Assembly (NCBI RefSeq): GCF_032116555.1
Contig: NZ_CP134949.1
Location: 1,364,001-1,428,000, forward strand
Length of the DNA: 64,000 nucleotides
Source: Halorarum halobium
GTDB taxonomy: Archaea > Halobacteriota > Halobacteria > Halobacteriales > Haloferacaceae
Direction: 5' to 3'
Shown here: piece after piece, positions 48,306-58,322 of the stretch
Position numbering within the stretch: position 1 is the first letter of the stretch
Layout: every line of letters starts with the position of its first letter
Position numbers and translations under genes: made by a program
Notes under the pieces: generated by a model
Database searches by the model: none
Seen by the model: only the letters and a program-made list of their open reading frames with translations
What the model was told of the DNA's origin: nothing

Positions 48306-48851
48306 ATGACCGACCACGAACTGGCGACGCTCGCGGGCGGCTGTTTCTGGTGTATCGAGGCGGCGGTCAAGGAACTCGACGGCGTCGTCGAAGCGACGTC
48401 GGGTTACGCCGGCGGGCACGTCGAGAACCCCTCCTACGAGAAGGTCTGCAGCGAGACGACGGGCCACGCGGAGGTCGTCCAGGTCGAGTACGACCCCGAA
48501 CGGATCACCTACCCTGACCTGCTTCGCGTGTTCTTCACCGTGCACGACCCCACGACGCTGAACCGGCAGGGGCCCGACGTGGGCGAGTCGTACCGGTCGG
48601 CGGTGTTCTACCACGACGACGAGCAGCGGGAGACGGTGGAGGCGTTCATCGAGGAACTGGAGGCCGTAGGGGCCTACGAGGACCCGATCGTCACGGAGGT
48701 CGAACCGCTGGAGGCGTTCTACGAGGCCGAGGCGTACCACCAGGACTACTACGAGAAGAACCCGAACGACGGCTACTGTCAGTTCAACGCCGACCCGAAG
48801 ATCCGGAAGGTCCGCGAGAAGTTCGCGGACAAGGTCAAACGGAGCGCCTGA
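48306..48851 (+). CDS. msrA: Peptide-methionine (S)-S-oxide reductase
   Basis: GGCFWC, SGYAGG, TGHAEVV, AEAYHQDYY. Confidence 0.95.
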   Translation: MTDHELATLAGGCFWCIEAAVKELDGVVEATSGYAGGHVENPSYEKVCSETTGHAEVVQVEYDPERITYPDLLRVFFTVHDPTTLNRQGPDVGESYRSAVFYHDDEQRETVEAFIEELEAVGAYEDPIVTEVEPLEAFYEAEAYHQDYYEKNPNDGYCQFNADPKIRKVREKFADKVKRSA

Positions 48852-48889
48852 GTCGACGCCGACTCACGACGCCGCGGTCGGAACGACGC

Positions 48890-49675
48890 TCAGTCGCTCC
48901 CCCGGCCAGCCGTCCCGCCGCCGGTCCCGAACCGCTCGGTCCCCCACCGCACGAGGGCGGGGAACCGACGGACGAGCGCCAGTCCGATCCGCGTGGGCCA
49001 GTCGGCGTAAACGACGGGGCCGGTCGAGTCGATCTTCCCGGCGAGGTTCCGGCCCACCTCGGCCGGGTCGCTCATCATCCACGGCGGGAAGCCGAGTTCC
49101 GCGGCCGAGCGCGTGTTCGTGAAGGGCGGGTGGACCACGGTGACCGAGACGTGCTCGTCCCACAGTTCCAGCCGCAGCGAGCGGACGAGCGCCTCGACCG
49201 CGCCCTTCGTGGACGCGTAGCCGGTGAGCCCCGGCGTGCCGACGAGGCCGACCCCGGAACTCACGTTGTGGATGATCCCTTCTCCCCTGGCCCGCATGTG
49301 TGGGAGGACGGCCCTGATGGTCCGGACGTACCCGAAGTAGTTCACCTCGAACTCCCGGCGCGTGTCATCGATGGTCTGTTCCGCGAACGGGGCGTAGTTG
49401 AACATCGCGGCGTTGTTGACCAGGACGTCGATCCGTCCCCACTCGTCGAGGACTCCGTCAATCGCCGTCTCCACGTCGCCATCGACCGTCACGTCACACT
49501 CCGCGACCCGCATCCGGTCGGGGTTCGCCCCCCGAACCGGCTCCAGGTTCCCCACGTCGACGTCGAGTCCTGCCACCCGATAGCCGTCCGCGAGGAGCGC
49601 CCGCAGCAGGCCGTGACCGATCCCCTCGTTCGCGCCGGTAACGACGACGACGTCGTCCGTTACGCTCCCGTTCAT
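48890..49675 (-). CDS. SDR family oxidoreductase
   Basis: TGANEGIG, LVNNAA, YASTK; TATA-like ttatat at about 49701-49706. Confidence 0.88.
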   Translation of the reverse strand: MNGSVTDDVVVVTGANEGIGHGLLRALLADGYRVAGLDVDVGNLEPVRGANPDRMRVAECDVTVDGDVETAIDGVLDEWGRIDVLVNNAAMFNYAPFAEQTIDDTRREFEVNYFGYVRTIRAVLPHMRARGEGIIHNVSSGVGLVGTPGLTGYASTKGAVEALVRSLRLELWDEHVSVTVVHPPFTNTRSAAELGFPPWMMSDPAEVGRNLAGKIDSTGPVVYADWPTRIGLALVRRFPALVRWGTERFGTGGGTAGRGSD

Positions 49676-49811
49676 CGTCCCATACCGAGGCTCTCCACCC
49701 ATATAACCGCATAGACGGGTCCGGGTCGGGCCCACCACGCCGACGGTTGTGTGGCGGCACCGCGGTGACGCGAAAGGGCCTCCCCTCCGGGGGCCGTGGC
49801 GTGGACCACCG

Positions 49812-50288
49812 ATGGACGGAACCACGGCACCCGACTTCGGGCTGGAGAGCACCGCGGGCGAGGAGGTCACCCTCTCGGAGACGCTCGACTCCGGGCCGAC
49901 GGTCGTCCTCGTCAACCGCGGTCACTGGTGTAGCTTCTGTGCGGAACAGCTCGGCACGTTCAGCGAGGTCGCCTACGACCTCTGGTTCAACGACGGGGTG
50001 GACGTGCTCCCGGTCGTCACGAGCGAGCGCGGGAAGCTGGTCGAGATGCGCGACCGGTTCGACTTCGACTTCCAGCTGCTCGCGGACCCGGACGGCGCGG
50101 TGGCCGAGCAGTATAGCGGCACCGAGGAGACGAGCCACGGCGTCACGGGCATCGCGGGGACGTACGTGATCGACACGAACGGCGAGGTCCGGTACGAGCA
50201 GGTCGCCGAGCGCGTCGACGACCGGACGTACGGCAACTGGGTCCGCTACTTCGTCCGGAACGACTTCGAGGACCCGTTCGGCGAGTAG
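49812..50288 (+). CDS. Peroxiredoxin-like (AhpC/TSA) protein
   Basis: APDFGL, RGHWCSFC, LLADPDG, TYVID. Confidence 0.85.
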   Translation: MDGTTAPDFGLESTAGEEVTLSETLDSGPTVVLVNRGHWCSFCAEQLGTFSEVAYDLWFNDGVDVLPVVTSERGKLVEMRDRFDFDFQLLADPDGAVAEQYSGTEETSHGVTGIAGTYVIDTNGEVRYEQVAERVDDRTYGNWVRYFVRNDFEDPFGE

Positions 50289-50371
50289 CCCGACGGCGTC
50301 GATTCCGGACCGAACTCGGGAGGGGTGGAATCGACGGGAACGCTTTTGCCGCTCGCGCGACCTGTCACCGC

Positions 50372-50458
50372 ATGGACGGTGCAGACCGGTTCTTCCTCGT
50401 CGTCGTGGCGCTCATCTTCCTGTTCACGCTGGTCGGCGTGCTCGTCAGTTTCCTCTGA
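50372..50458 (+). CDS. 28-aa single-TM microprotein
   Basis: MDGADRFFLVVVALIFLFTLVGVLVSFL*; T-rich box at 50344-50347. Confidence 0.6.
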   Translation: MDGADRFFLVVVALIFLFTLVGVLVSFL

Positions 50459-50526
50459 GCGGGAGCCGCACTCCCATCGAAAAATCCGTACACGAGCCCC
50501 GACCGAACGGGCCGCCGGGAACCGGG

Positions 50527-51666
50527 CTACACCCGGGGTTCCGCTTCCTCGACGTCCGCCAGCCGCCGGTTCTTCAGGGCGTCCCCGGTAGCCCCGTCGA
50601 AGATGTGGACGGCCTCCTCCGGGAAGCGCGCGACGGCGGTGGCGCCGGCCTCGACCGAGCGCATCCCGCCGACGGTGGCGACGAACGTCTCCGGGTCGTC
50701 ACCGAACGTGAGGTAGACGGAGTTCTCGTTGCCCATCGGCTCGACCACGTCGACGACCGTCTCGTACTCGTGGTCGCCGCCGGTGGCGTCGACGAGTTCG
50801 ACGTCCTCGGGCCGGATGCCGAGCGTGACGCGCTCGCTGTCGCCCAGCGACGAGGCGCTCTCGTCGCTCAGCGGGTACGAGAAGTGCTCGCCGACGAGCG
50901 TGTCGCCCTCGACGGTCATCTCGAAGAAGTTCATCGACGGCTCGCCGATGAAGCCCGCGACGAAGCGGTTCGCCGGCTCGTGGTAACACTCCAGTGGTGT
51001 GCCGACCTGCTGGAGTTCACCGCCGTCGAGCACCGCGATGCGGTCGCCCATCGTCATCGCCTCCGTCTGGTCGTGGGTGACGTACATCGTCGTCACGCCC
51101 AGGTCCTCCTGGAGGCGCTGGAGTTCGGTCCGCATGTTCGAGCGGAGCTTCGCGTCGAGGTTCGAGAGCGGCTCGTCCATCAGGAACACCTCGGGGTCGC
51201 GCACGATGGCGCGCCCGAGCGCGACCCGCTGTTGCTGACCGCCGGACAGCTCCGAGGGCTTGCGGTCGAGCAGCTCGCCGATGCCGAGCGTTCCGGCCGT
51301 CTCCTCGACGAGTTCCCGGATCTCCGCGTCCGCCATGTCGGTGGACTCCTCCAGCCCGAAGGACATGTTCTCGCGGACCGTCATGTGCGGGTAGAGCGCG
51401 TACGACTGGAACACCATGGCGATGTCCCGCTCCTGGGGCCCCATGGCGGCGATGCTTTCCCCGCCGAGCAGGATGTCCCCGGACGTGACCGTTTCGAGCC
51501 CCGCGACCATCCGCAGGGTGGTTGATTTGCCACAGCCGGACGGGCCGACGAGCACGAGGAACTCCCCGTCCTCGATGTCGACCGACACGTCGTCGACCGC
51601 GACGATGTCGCTACCGTCGTCGTCGGTGAACACCTTGCTCAGGCGTTCGAGTGCGAGTTCTGACAT
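50527..51666 (-). CDS. Sugar ABC transporter ATPase (MalK-like)
   Basis: GPSGCGKST, VFQSYALYPHM, LSGGQQQRVA, DEPLSNLDAKLR. Confidence 0.92.
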   Translation of the reverse strand: MSELALERLSKVFTDDDGSDIVAVDDVSVDIEDGEFLVLVGPSGCGKSTTLRMVAGLETVTSGDILLGGESIAAMGPQERDIAMVFQSYALYPHMTVRENMSFGLEESTDMADAEIRELVEETAGTLGIGELLDRKPSELSGGQQQRVALGRAIVRDPEVFLMDEPLSNLDAKLRSNMRTELQRLQEDLGVTTMYVTHDQTEAMTMGDRIAVLDGGELQQVGTPLECYHEPANRFVAGFIGEPSMNFFEMTVEGDTLVGEHFSYPLSDESASSLGDSERVTLGIRPEDVELVDATGGDHEYETVVDVVEPMGNENSVYLTFGDDPETFVATVGGMRSVEAGATAVARFPEEAVHIFDGATGDALKNRRLADVEEAEPRV

Positions 51667-51668
51667 GG

Positions 51669-52592
51669 TTACGTTGCGACCCCCTCGGCGAACTCCTCGC
51701 CGAATGCGATGTAGACGACGAGCGTCGGCAGCGCGGCGACGAACGCGCCGGCCATCCGAAGCCCGAAGTCGACCCCTTCGAGCGACGCTCCGAGCCCCGC
51801 GAGCTTGAGGGTCACGGGTGCGGCCGGGCTCGAGGCCGATGAGACCAGGATGAGCGCGAACAGCAGGTCGTTCCAGATCTGGGTGAACTGGTAGATGAGC
51901 ACGACCGCGAACATCGGCGTCGACAGCGGGAAGACGATGCGGCGGTAGATGCGCCGCAGCGTCGCGCCGTCGAGCCGGGCGGACTCGAGCATCTCCGTGC
52001 TCATCGACTGGTAGTACGACCGGAAGAGGATCGTACAGATCGGGAGCCCGTACGCGACGTGGGCGATGATGAGTTCGATGATCCCGGCGTACTCCGACGG
52101 GATGCCGAGCAGCCCCCAGATCGGAAGCTGTCCCAGCGACAGGACGTTGAACACCTGCGAGAGCGGAACCAGCACCGCCTGGTACGGGATGAAGACGCCC
52201 GCGACGAACAGCATCAGCACCGGAACCTGGTACTTCCAGTCGACCAGCGTCAGTCCGTAGGCCGTGAGGCTCCCGATGAGCGCCGACAGGATGGTCGCCG
52301 GAACGGCGTACAGCAGGCTGTTGAACACTCCGACGGTCAGGGTGTCGAACGCCCGCTGGTACTTCGCCAGCGTCGCCCCGTCGGCCGGGAACTCGGTGAA
52401 CGGCCAGATCGGCGGCGCGTACGGGGCCGTCCCGGTGACCGCGCCGGTGGTCTTGAACGACGTGACGAGCCCCGCCTCGATGGGGGCGAGGAAGAACGCC
52501 ACGAGCAGTCCGAGCGTCGCGTACAGCGCGACGCGGTAGCCGTCGATGGACGCGAGCAGGGAGTCGTCGCGTCCGCGTGTCTCGGTACTCAT
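51669..52592 (-). CDS. Sugar ABC permease
   Basis: EAA-like ESARLDGA and QIWNDLLF. Confidence 0.9.
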   Translation of the reverse strand: MSTETRGRDDSLLASIDGYRVALYATLGLLVAFFLAPIEAGLVTSFKTTGAVTGTAPYAPPIWPFTEFPADGATLAKYQRAFDTLTVGVFNSLLYAVPATILSALIGSLTAYGLTLVDWKYQVPVLMLFVAGVFIPYQAVLVPLSQVFNVLSLGQLPIWGLLGIPSEYAGIIELIIAHVAYGLPICTILFRSYYQSMSTEMLESARLDGATLRRIYRRIVFPLSTPMFAVVLIYQFTQIWNDLLFALILVSSASSPAAPVTLKLAGLGASLEGVDFGLRMAGAFVAALPTLVVYIAFGEEFAEGVAT

Positions 52593-53671
52593 AGGTTGTC
52601 CTGCGTGTACTGGTGGTAGAGGTACGGGCCGACGACCGCGAGAGCCATCACGAAGAGGATGACCGCGATCGACGCGCCGTACGCCCAGTTCGTGTTGCTG
52701 TACGCCTCCCGGACCATCTTCGTGGCGAGGATGTCCGCCCCGTTAGGCGGGCGATACCCGCCGACGAGCGAGTAGAGGAAGTCGAACGCCTTCAGCGCGA
52801 ACACCATCAACACGACGGTGGCGCTGATCGTCGCGTTCCGAAGCTGTGGCACGATGACGCGCCAGTACATCTTCGGGACGCTCGCGCCGTCGACCTTCGC
52901 CGCCTCGAAGTGCTCGTCCGGGATGGCCCGCAGCGCGGCCAGGTAGACGACCATCGTGTAGCCGCTGAACTGCCAGACCAGCGCGAAGATGACCGCCCAG
53001 AGGACCAGATCGGAGTTACCGATCCAGTCGTACGGTCCCAGGCCGACGACCCCGATCACGGAGTTGACGATCCCGCTGTCGAGGTCGTACATCCACAGCC
53101 AGAACTGGGCGGTGACGACGAACGACAGGCTCATCGGCAGCAGGTAGATGGTGCGGAACGTGTTCTCGAACCGGATCCCACGGTCGACGAGGATGGCGAT
53201 GAGCAGCCCGAACACGAGCGCGACGACCGTGAACGCCACGAGCAGGATCAGCGTGTTGACCGCCGCGTCGATGACGAGCGGATCGTTCGCCGCCCGGACG
53301 TACATCTCGAAGTCCAGGTTCGTGTAGTCGGGCGAGCCGAACCCCGTGAAGTCCGTGAGCGAGATGAGGACGTTCCAGCCGATGGTGCCGTACACGAAAA
53401 ACGCCATCAGGAGGAACGGCGGGAGCCAGAACGGGGACGATTCGACGAAGTCGCTCCCCAGTCGGTCGTCTATCCACTCCCTGATTCCGCCGTCCGCGTC
53501 CTCGCGGCCGTCGGCGTCCCCGCGGGTCGCCGTGACACCGCCGTCGGTGGCGACGCGGTCGCCGTCGGGTCCGCCGTTCCCGCCGCTGGCCGGCTCCCGC
53601 TCGCCGCCGGCCCGGTCCGAGCTGCCGCGACGGCGGAGCCTTCGGAGTAGTTCCGTGAAAAATCGTTGCAT
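52589..53671 (-). CDS. Sugar ABC permease
   Basis: EAAKVDGA and WQFSGY. Confidence 0.9.
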   Translation of the reverse strand: MQRFFTELLRRLRRRGSSDRAGGEREPASGGNGGPDGDRVATDGGVTATRGDADGREDADGGIREWIDDRLGSDFVESSPFWLPPFLLMAFFVYGTIGWNVLISLTDFTGFGSPDYTNLDFEMYVRAANDPLVIDAAVNTLILLVAFTVVALVFGLLIAILVDRGIRFENTFRTIYLLPMSLSFVVTAQFWLWMYDLDSGIVNSVIGVVGLGPYDWIGNSDLVLWAVIFALVWQFSGYTMVVYLAALRAIPDEHFEAAKVDGASVPKMYWRVIVPQLRNATISATVVLMVFALKAFDFLYSLVGGYRPPNGADILATKMVREAYSNTNWAYGASIAVILFVMALAVVGPYLYHQYTQDNL

Positions 53672-53689
53672 TGGTGTCCAGTAGCCGTC

Positions 53690-54967
53690 TTAGCCCTGAA
53701 CGACCGACATGAACCCGTCCGTGGCGGCCTCGACGTCGTAGGGCCCGGAGAAGTCGTTCGTGATGACGTTCTCCAGGTCCGTCATCTTCTGCGGTTCGAC
53801 CGCGAGACCGTGTGCGATCGTCGGCGGCAGGTTCTCGGCGTTCTCGAAGTCCTCGATGGTCTCCACGAGGTACGGGCCGAACTCGCTCGTGTCGACGCCC
53901 GTCCGCGTCGGGATCGAGCCCTTGTACTGGTTGAACGCGACCTGTGCCTTCTCGCTTCCGACGAACTCCATGAACGTCCTCGTGTTCTCCGGCGACGGGT
54001 TGTCGCTCGGCATGATGAACGAGTCGATGTGGAACGTGTAGAGCCCCTCCGTGCCGGGGAACGTCTTGTGGCCCCAGTGCTCGTCGTAGTTGAAGCCCTC
54101 CGCGTTCCGGTACGCGCCCGCGGCCCAGTTACCCTGGTGGATGAACGCGGCCTCGCCGTTGATGATCTTCTGGTTGGCAGCCGTCAGGTTCGTGGAGGCG
54201 GCGTCGTCGTTGATGTAGTTCTCGAGGATCTCCCGGGTCGTCTCGAAGGCGGTCCGGACGGCGTCGCGGCCGCCCTCGCCGTTAACCGCGCTCATGTACG
54301 CGTCGTACCCGCCCGTCGAGAGCAGCACGACGCCGACGAGCTGGAGCGTCGTCCACGCGCCCTGCATCGCCTGGGCCATCGGGACGGCGTCCGTCTCGTC
54401 GCTCACCGTCCCGAGCGCGTCGAGCAGCGCGTCCGCGGAGTTCAGGTCGTCGGGGTTGACGCCCGCGGCCTCGACGACTTCCGCGTTGTAGAACAGGCAG
54501 TTGAGCCGGTGGGAGCCGATCGGCATGGCCCGGTACTCGCCGTCGTACTGGCACAGCTCGGCCGCCTCGGGAATGTGGGCGTCGGTCATTCCGTTCTCCC
54601 ACACGTCCGTGAGGTTGCCGAGCACGCCGTCGTACTTGGTCAGGTTCTTGCCGGGCCACCCGGCGAAGGCGCTCGGCGGGTCACCGCTGTTCAGCCGGTT
54701 CGCGACGACGGTGTCGAGGTTCTCGTTCCCGCCGCCGCCGATGGGGCTGAAGTTGGTCGCCATGTCCGGATACTCCTCCTCGAACGCCGCGACGAGGGCG
54801 TCCTCGGCCGCGGCCCCGTCGCCGCCGGTCCAGCCGTGGAGGACTTCCAGTTCGTTGTTCCCGCCGCCGCCGATACCCATACAGCCCGCGAAGCCGGTGA
54901 GGCCCGCGGCTCCGGCACCCGCCGTGCCTTTCAGGTAGTCTCGTCGTGTGAGTTCCGTGTTCTTCAT
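53690..54967 (-). CDS. Sugar ABC substrate-binding lipoprotein (Tat, glucose-binding-like)
   Basis: TRRDYLK twin-Arg, FAGC lipobox, LHGWTGG, HQGNWAAG. Confidence 0.88.
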   Translation of the reverse strand: MKNTELTRRDYLKGTAGAGAAGLTGFAGCMGIGGGGNNELEVLHGWTGGDGAAAEDALVAAFEEEYPDMATNFSPIGGGGNENLDTVVANRLNSGDPPSAFAGWPGKNLTKYDGVLGNLTDVWENGMTDAHIPEAAELCQYDGEYRAMPIGSHRLNCLFYNAEVVEAAGVNPDDLNSADALLDALGTVSDETDAVPMAQAMQGAWTTLQLVGVVLLSTGGYDAYMSAVNGEGGRDAVRTAFETTREILENYINDDAASTNLTAANQKIINGEAAFIHQGNWAAGAYRNAEGFNYDEHWGHKTFPGTEGLYTFHIDSFIMPSDNPSPENTRTFMEFVGSEKAQVAFNQYKGSIPTRTGVDTSEFGPYLVETIEDFENAENLPPTIAHGLAVEPQKMTDLENVITNDFSGPYDVEAATDGFMSVVQG

Positions 54968-55034
54968 GGTCTTCCCTCCGTGAGAGAGGTCATCAGACTC
55001 TTCCGCGAGGTGCCACTTAACCCTTTCTCAAGTT

Positions 55035-55050
55035 AACTCCGTTACGAGTG
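55035..55050. promoter_or_regulatory. Possible TrmB-type operator
   Basis: AACT-CCGTTAC-GAGTG resembles TACT-N7/8-GAGTA, next to the minus-strand TATA ggttaag. Confidence 0.4.
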
Positions 55051-55243
55051 AATTCCAAACCGGACCGCGTGGACCGAACAAATCCCGGAGATATTGGCTT
55101 CTTCAGGCAGTTTCCGCTGGTCGCCGCTCGGCCGCCGTGGTTCGAGGTGAGTACCAGCAGTGTACCATACCCTTGTCACGTCCCTGCGGGTCGGTGCCGA
55201 GTCGCGCCCGCCTCGTCCGATCAGGGTCCCGAACGGCAGACCG

Positions 55244-57589
55244 TCAGGGGACCGGCTCGTCCGTCCCGGCGAGCGCGTTCAACAGCGTCACGGCCTCCGG
55301 TTTCGACAGCGGTTCGTTCGCGTTGCCACAGTGGGGCGACTGGACGCAGGCCGGACAGCCGTCCGCACAGTCACAGCCGGCGACGAGCCGGGCCGTCCGG
55401 GCCATCAGGTCGTCCGCGAAGCCGTAGGCGGCACGCGTGAGACCCACGCCGCCCGGGTAGCCGTCGTAGATGAACACCGTCGATCGACCGGTGTGACCGT
55501 GATACGGCGTCGAGAGGCCGCCGACGTCGCCCCGGTCACAGAGCAGCGAGAGCGGCATGAGCGAGATCATGCCGTGTTCGGCGGCGTGGATGCCGCCGTT
55601 GAACCCCGCCTCGCCGCCGATCGAACGCATGTCGGACTCGACGTCGTCGGGGACGGTGTAGTAGAGCGCCGTCGTCCGGAGCATCGTCTCCGGGAGGTCG
55701 AGCAGCTGGGTGCCGAGCGTCTCGCCGGTGGAGCCGTCGCGCCGCTCGAACCCGGTGATCTGCTCGGTGACGGTCACGTCCGCGAACCGGAGCGGCGTGT
55801 CCGGACGCGCCTCCAGCGCCGTCGAGCGCCGGTCGGCCTCCACCGTCACGTCCTTGTCGGTCAGCACGCGGGTGTAGTAGTCGGCCCAGGTCGGCTGGAG
55901 GCGGGCGACGTCCCGCTCCAGGTCGAGGTCCGCGACCTCGTAGGACTGGCCCTGGTGGTGATAGATCGCGCCCGGGTGGGCGTCACGGAGCGCGTCCGAG
56001 AACGAGAGCGAGGCGACCTGCTCGTTCGACCGGGCGTCCAGCAGGTCGATCTCGCGCTCGTCGATGGTCCGGAGGCTCATCGAGTGCTGCGGGCTCTCGT
56101 CGCCGGCGTGGGTCCAGCGGACGCCGTCCGCGGTGGTTCGACGCTCCAGGGTCCCGATGGCCTCCAGATCGCCCACCAGGTCGGGGAACTCCTCGCCGAA
56201 GTGCTCCTCGTCGGCCGGCGAGAGCCAGTTCTCGGCGGCCGCGCAGGCGACGTGGCCGGGAAGCAGTTCGTCGTTCTCGGGGTCGACCATCGCTCGTTCT
56301 GGCTCGCCCGCGAAGAACTCGTCCGCGTTTCCCATGACGTACTGGTCGAGCTGGTCCTCGCCGCCGACCATGACCACGAGCGCGGGGTCCTCGCCGCGGC
56401 CCGCCCTGCCGGCCCGCTGGAACGCCGACATCCGCGTGCCGGGGTAGCCGTCGAGGATGACGACGTCCAGGCCGCCGACGTCGACGCCGAGCTCCAGGGC
56501 GTTCGTCGACCAGACGCCGCGGACCTCGCCCGAATGCAGGCCGTCCTCGATCTCCCGACGCTTCTCGTGGGTGAGCGCAGCCTGGTACGCTTCCACGCCG
56601 CCGGCGAGGTCGTGGTGTCCCCGGTTCCGGAGTTCGTCGGCCGAATCGGTCGCGTAGCGCTCCGCGGTCTGTCTCGCGCGCGTGAAGACGAGCGTCTGGT
56701 AGCCCTTCGAGACGAGGTCACAGAACAGCCGCTTCGCCTCGGTGTGGCTGGAGCGCCGCCGGCCGGACTGGCCGTCCGCGACCTCGTCCTCGTACTCCGG
56801 CGGGTTCCAGAGCAGCCAGTGGCGGGGCCCCCGCGCCGAGGCGTCCGCCTCGACCAGCGTGTAGCCGTCCGCCGGTTGGCCGGTGACCCGGCTCGCGTGC
56901 TCGACCGGGTTGCCGATCGTCGCCGAACAGCAGACGAACCCCGGGTCGGCGCCGTAGCGCTCGCAGATCCGGTTCAGCCGGCGCATCGTCAGCGCGACCT
57001 GGGAGCCGAACACGCCGCGGTAGCGGTGGACCTCGTCGATGACGACGAGTTCGAGCGAGGAGAAGAACCACTCCCAGTGCCTGTACGCCCACGGGAGCAG
57101 CGCGTAGTGAAGCATATCCGGGTTCGAGAGAAGCACCGTCGGCTGCCGGTCCCGGACGCCGCGCTTCTCGGAATCCGAGAGCCGGCCGGTGTACTGGTCG
57201 ACCGAGACTGGGGACCCGAAGCCGAGGCCGGCCGCGAGGTCCGAGAGCGTCTCGGACTGATCGGTGATGAGCGCGTTCTGGGGGGCGAGATACAGCGTCC
57301 GGCCGCCGTGGTCCAGCGCGTTCTCGAACGCGGGCACGGTGTAGGCGAGCGATTTCCCGCTGGCCGTTCGCGTCGCCAGCACCACGTCGTCGCCGTCCCG
57401 GACCGCTTCGACGGCCTCGGCCTGGTGCTCGTAGAGGCGGTCGATGCCGCGCTCGGCGAGCACGTCGGCGAGCCGGGAGTCCGGATCGAGGTCGGCGAAC
57501 GCGGCCTCGCGGCCGGGGAGGGTGCGTTCGGCGGCGACCTGACCCTCGTAGTACGGGCGGTCGCGGAGCCACGCGACGGTGTCGTCCAC
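55244..57589 (-). CDS. DEAH-box helicase with DUF1998 (Hrq1/MrfA-like)
   Basis: TASGKS, DEVH, SAT, QRAGRAGR, HAAEH, C-terminal CDCADGCPAC. Confidence 0.92.
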   Translation of the reverse strand: MDDTVAWLRDRPYYEGQVAAERTLPGREAAFADLDPDSRLADVLAERGIDRLYEHQAEAVEAVRDGDDVVLATRTASGKSLAYTVPAFENALDHGGRTLYLAPQNALITDQSETLSDLAAGLGFGSPVSVDQYTGRLSDSEKRGVRDRQPTVLLSNPDMLHYALLPWAYRHWEWFFSSLELVVIDEVHRYRGVFGSQVALTMRRLNRICERYGADPGFVCCSATIGNPVEHASRVTGQPADGYTLVEADASARGPRHWLLWNPPEYEDEVADGQSGRRRSSHTEAKRLFCDLVSKGYQTLVFTRARQTAERYATDSADELRNRGHHDLAGGVEAYQAALTHEKRREIEDGLHSGEVRGVWSTNALELGVDVGGLDVVILDGYPGTRMSAFQRAGRAGRGEDPALVVMVGGEDQLDQYVMGNADEFFAGEPERAMVDPENDELLPGHVACAAAENWLSPADEEHFGEEFPDLVGDLEAIGTLERRTTADGVRWTHAGDESPQHSMSLRTIDEREIDLLDARSNEQVASLSFSDALRDAHPGAIYHHQGQSYEVADLDLERDVARLQPTWADYYTRVLTDKDVTVEADRRSTALEARPDTPLRFADVTVTEQITGFERRDGSTGETLGTQLLDLPETMLRTTALYYTVPDDVESDMRSIGGEAGFNGGIHAAEHGMISLMPLSLLCDRGDVGGLSTPYHGHTGRSTVFIYDGYPGGVGLTRAAYGFADDLMARTARLVAGCDCADGCPACVQSPHCGNANEPLSKPEAVTLLNALAGTDEPVP

Positions 57590-57713
57590 GGGCGCACTGG
57601 GGCGGCCGCCGGCTTACGGATTCCGGTCGCGTGGGGACCGCGCTCGGTCGGTGGACGTCCTTCACTTGCGCTCCGACCCGCGACGTTATGCCCGGCGCGC
57701 GACACACTCCACC

Positions 57714-58154
57714 ATGGACGACTCGTTCACGCTGGAGACGCCGGGCGGGACGCTCACCCTCGACGACTCGTTCCTGGACGCGTCCCGGGACGACGTCCGC
57801 GAGCAGGCGGCGGCGTACGCCGCCGGCGAGCGCACGGCGTTCGACGTGACCGTCCGCTACCCCGACTCGTTCACCGGTGACGTGATGCGCGCGATGGCGG
57901 CCATCCCGTACGGCGAAACGCGGACGTACGGCGAACTCGCGGCCGACCTCGACACCAGCCCCGTCGCGGTCGGGGGCGCCTGCGGGCGGAACCCGGTCCC
58001 GCTGGTCGTCCCGTGTCACCGCGTCGTCGGCGCCGACGGCCTGCGCGGGTTCTCCGGTGACGGCGGCGTCGCCCACAAGCGCGCCCTGCTGGAACACGAG
58101 GGGGCGTTCCCCCACTGTGCGGACGACGGGCTGACGCGGCAGGCCACGCTGTAG
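57714..58154 (+). CDS. ogt: Methylated-DNA--protein-cysteine methyltransferase
   Basis: IPYGETRTYG and NPVPLVVPCHRVV. Confidence 0.92.
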   Translation: MDDSFTLETPGGTLTLDDSFLDASRDDVREQAAAYAAGERTAFDVTVRYPDSFTGDVMRAMAAIPYGETRTYGELAADLDTSPVAVGGACGRNPVPLVVPCHRVVGADGLRGFSGDGGVAHKRALLEHEGAFPHCADDGLTRQATL

Positions 58155-58322
58155 GTTCGGTCGTCGCGGTCCCTCGCCCGGTCGAGTCGCCGTCGGACGA
58201 CCGTTTCGCCGTCAGCCGGCGTCACCCGGTCCCCCTCCTCGCCGTCCCTCGTCCCCACGACGATCGAACCCTGGCGGTCTGCCGACGGATGTGCTTTTGT
58301 TCCCCGCGACGAACCCGTTTCC

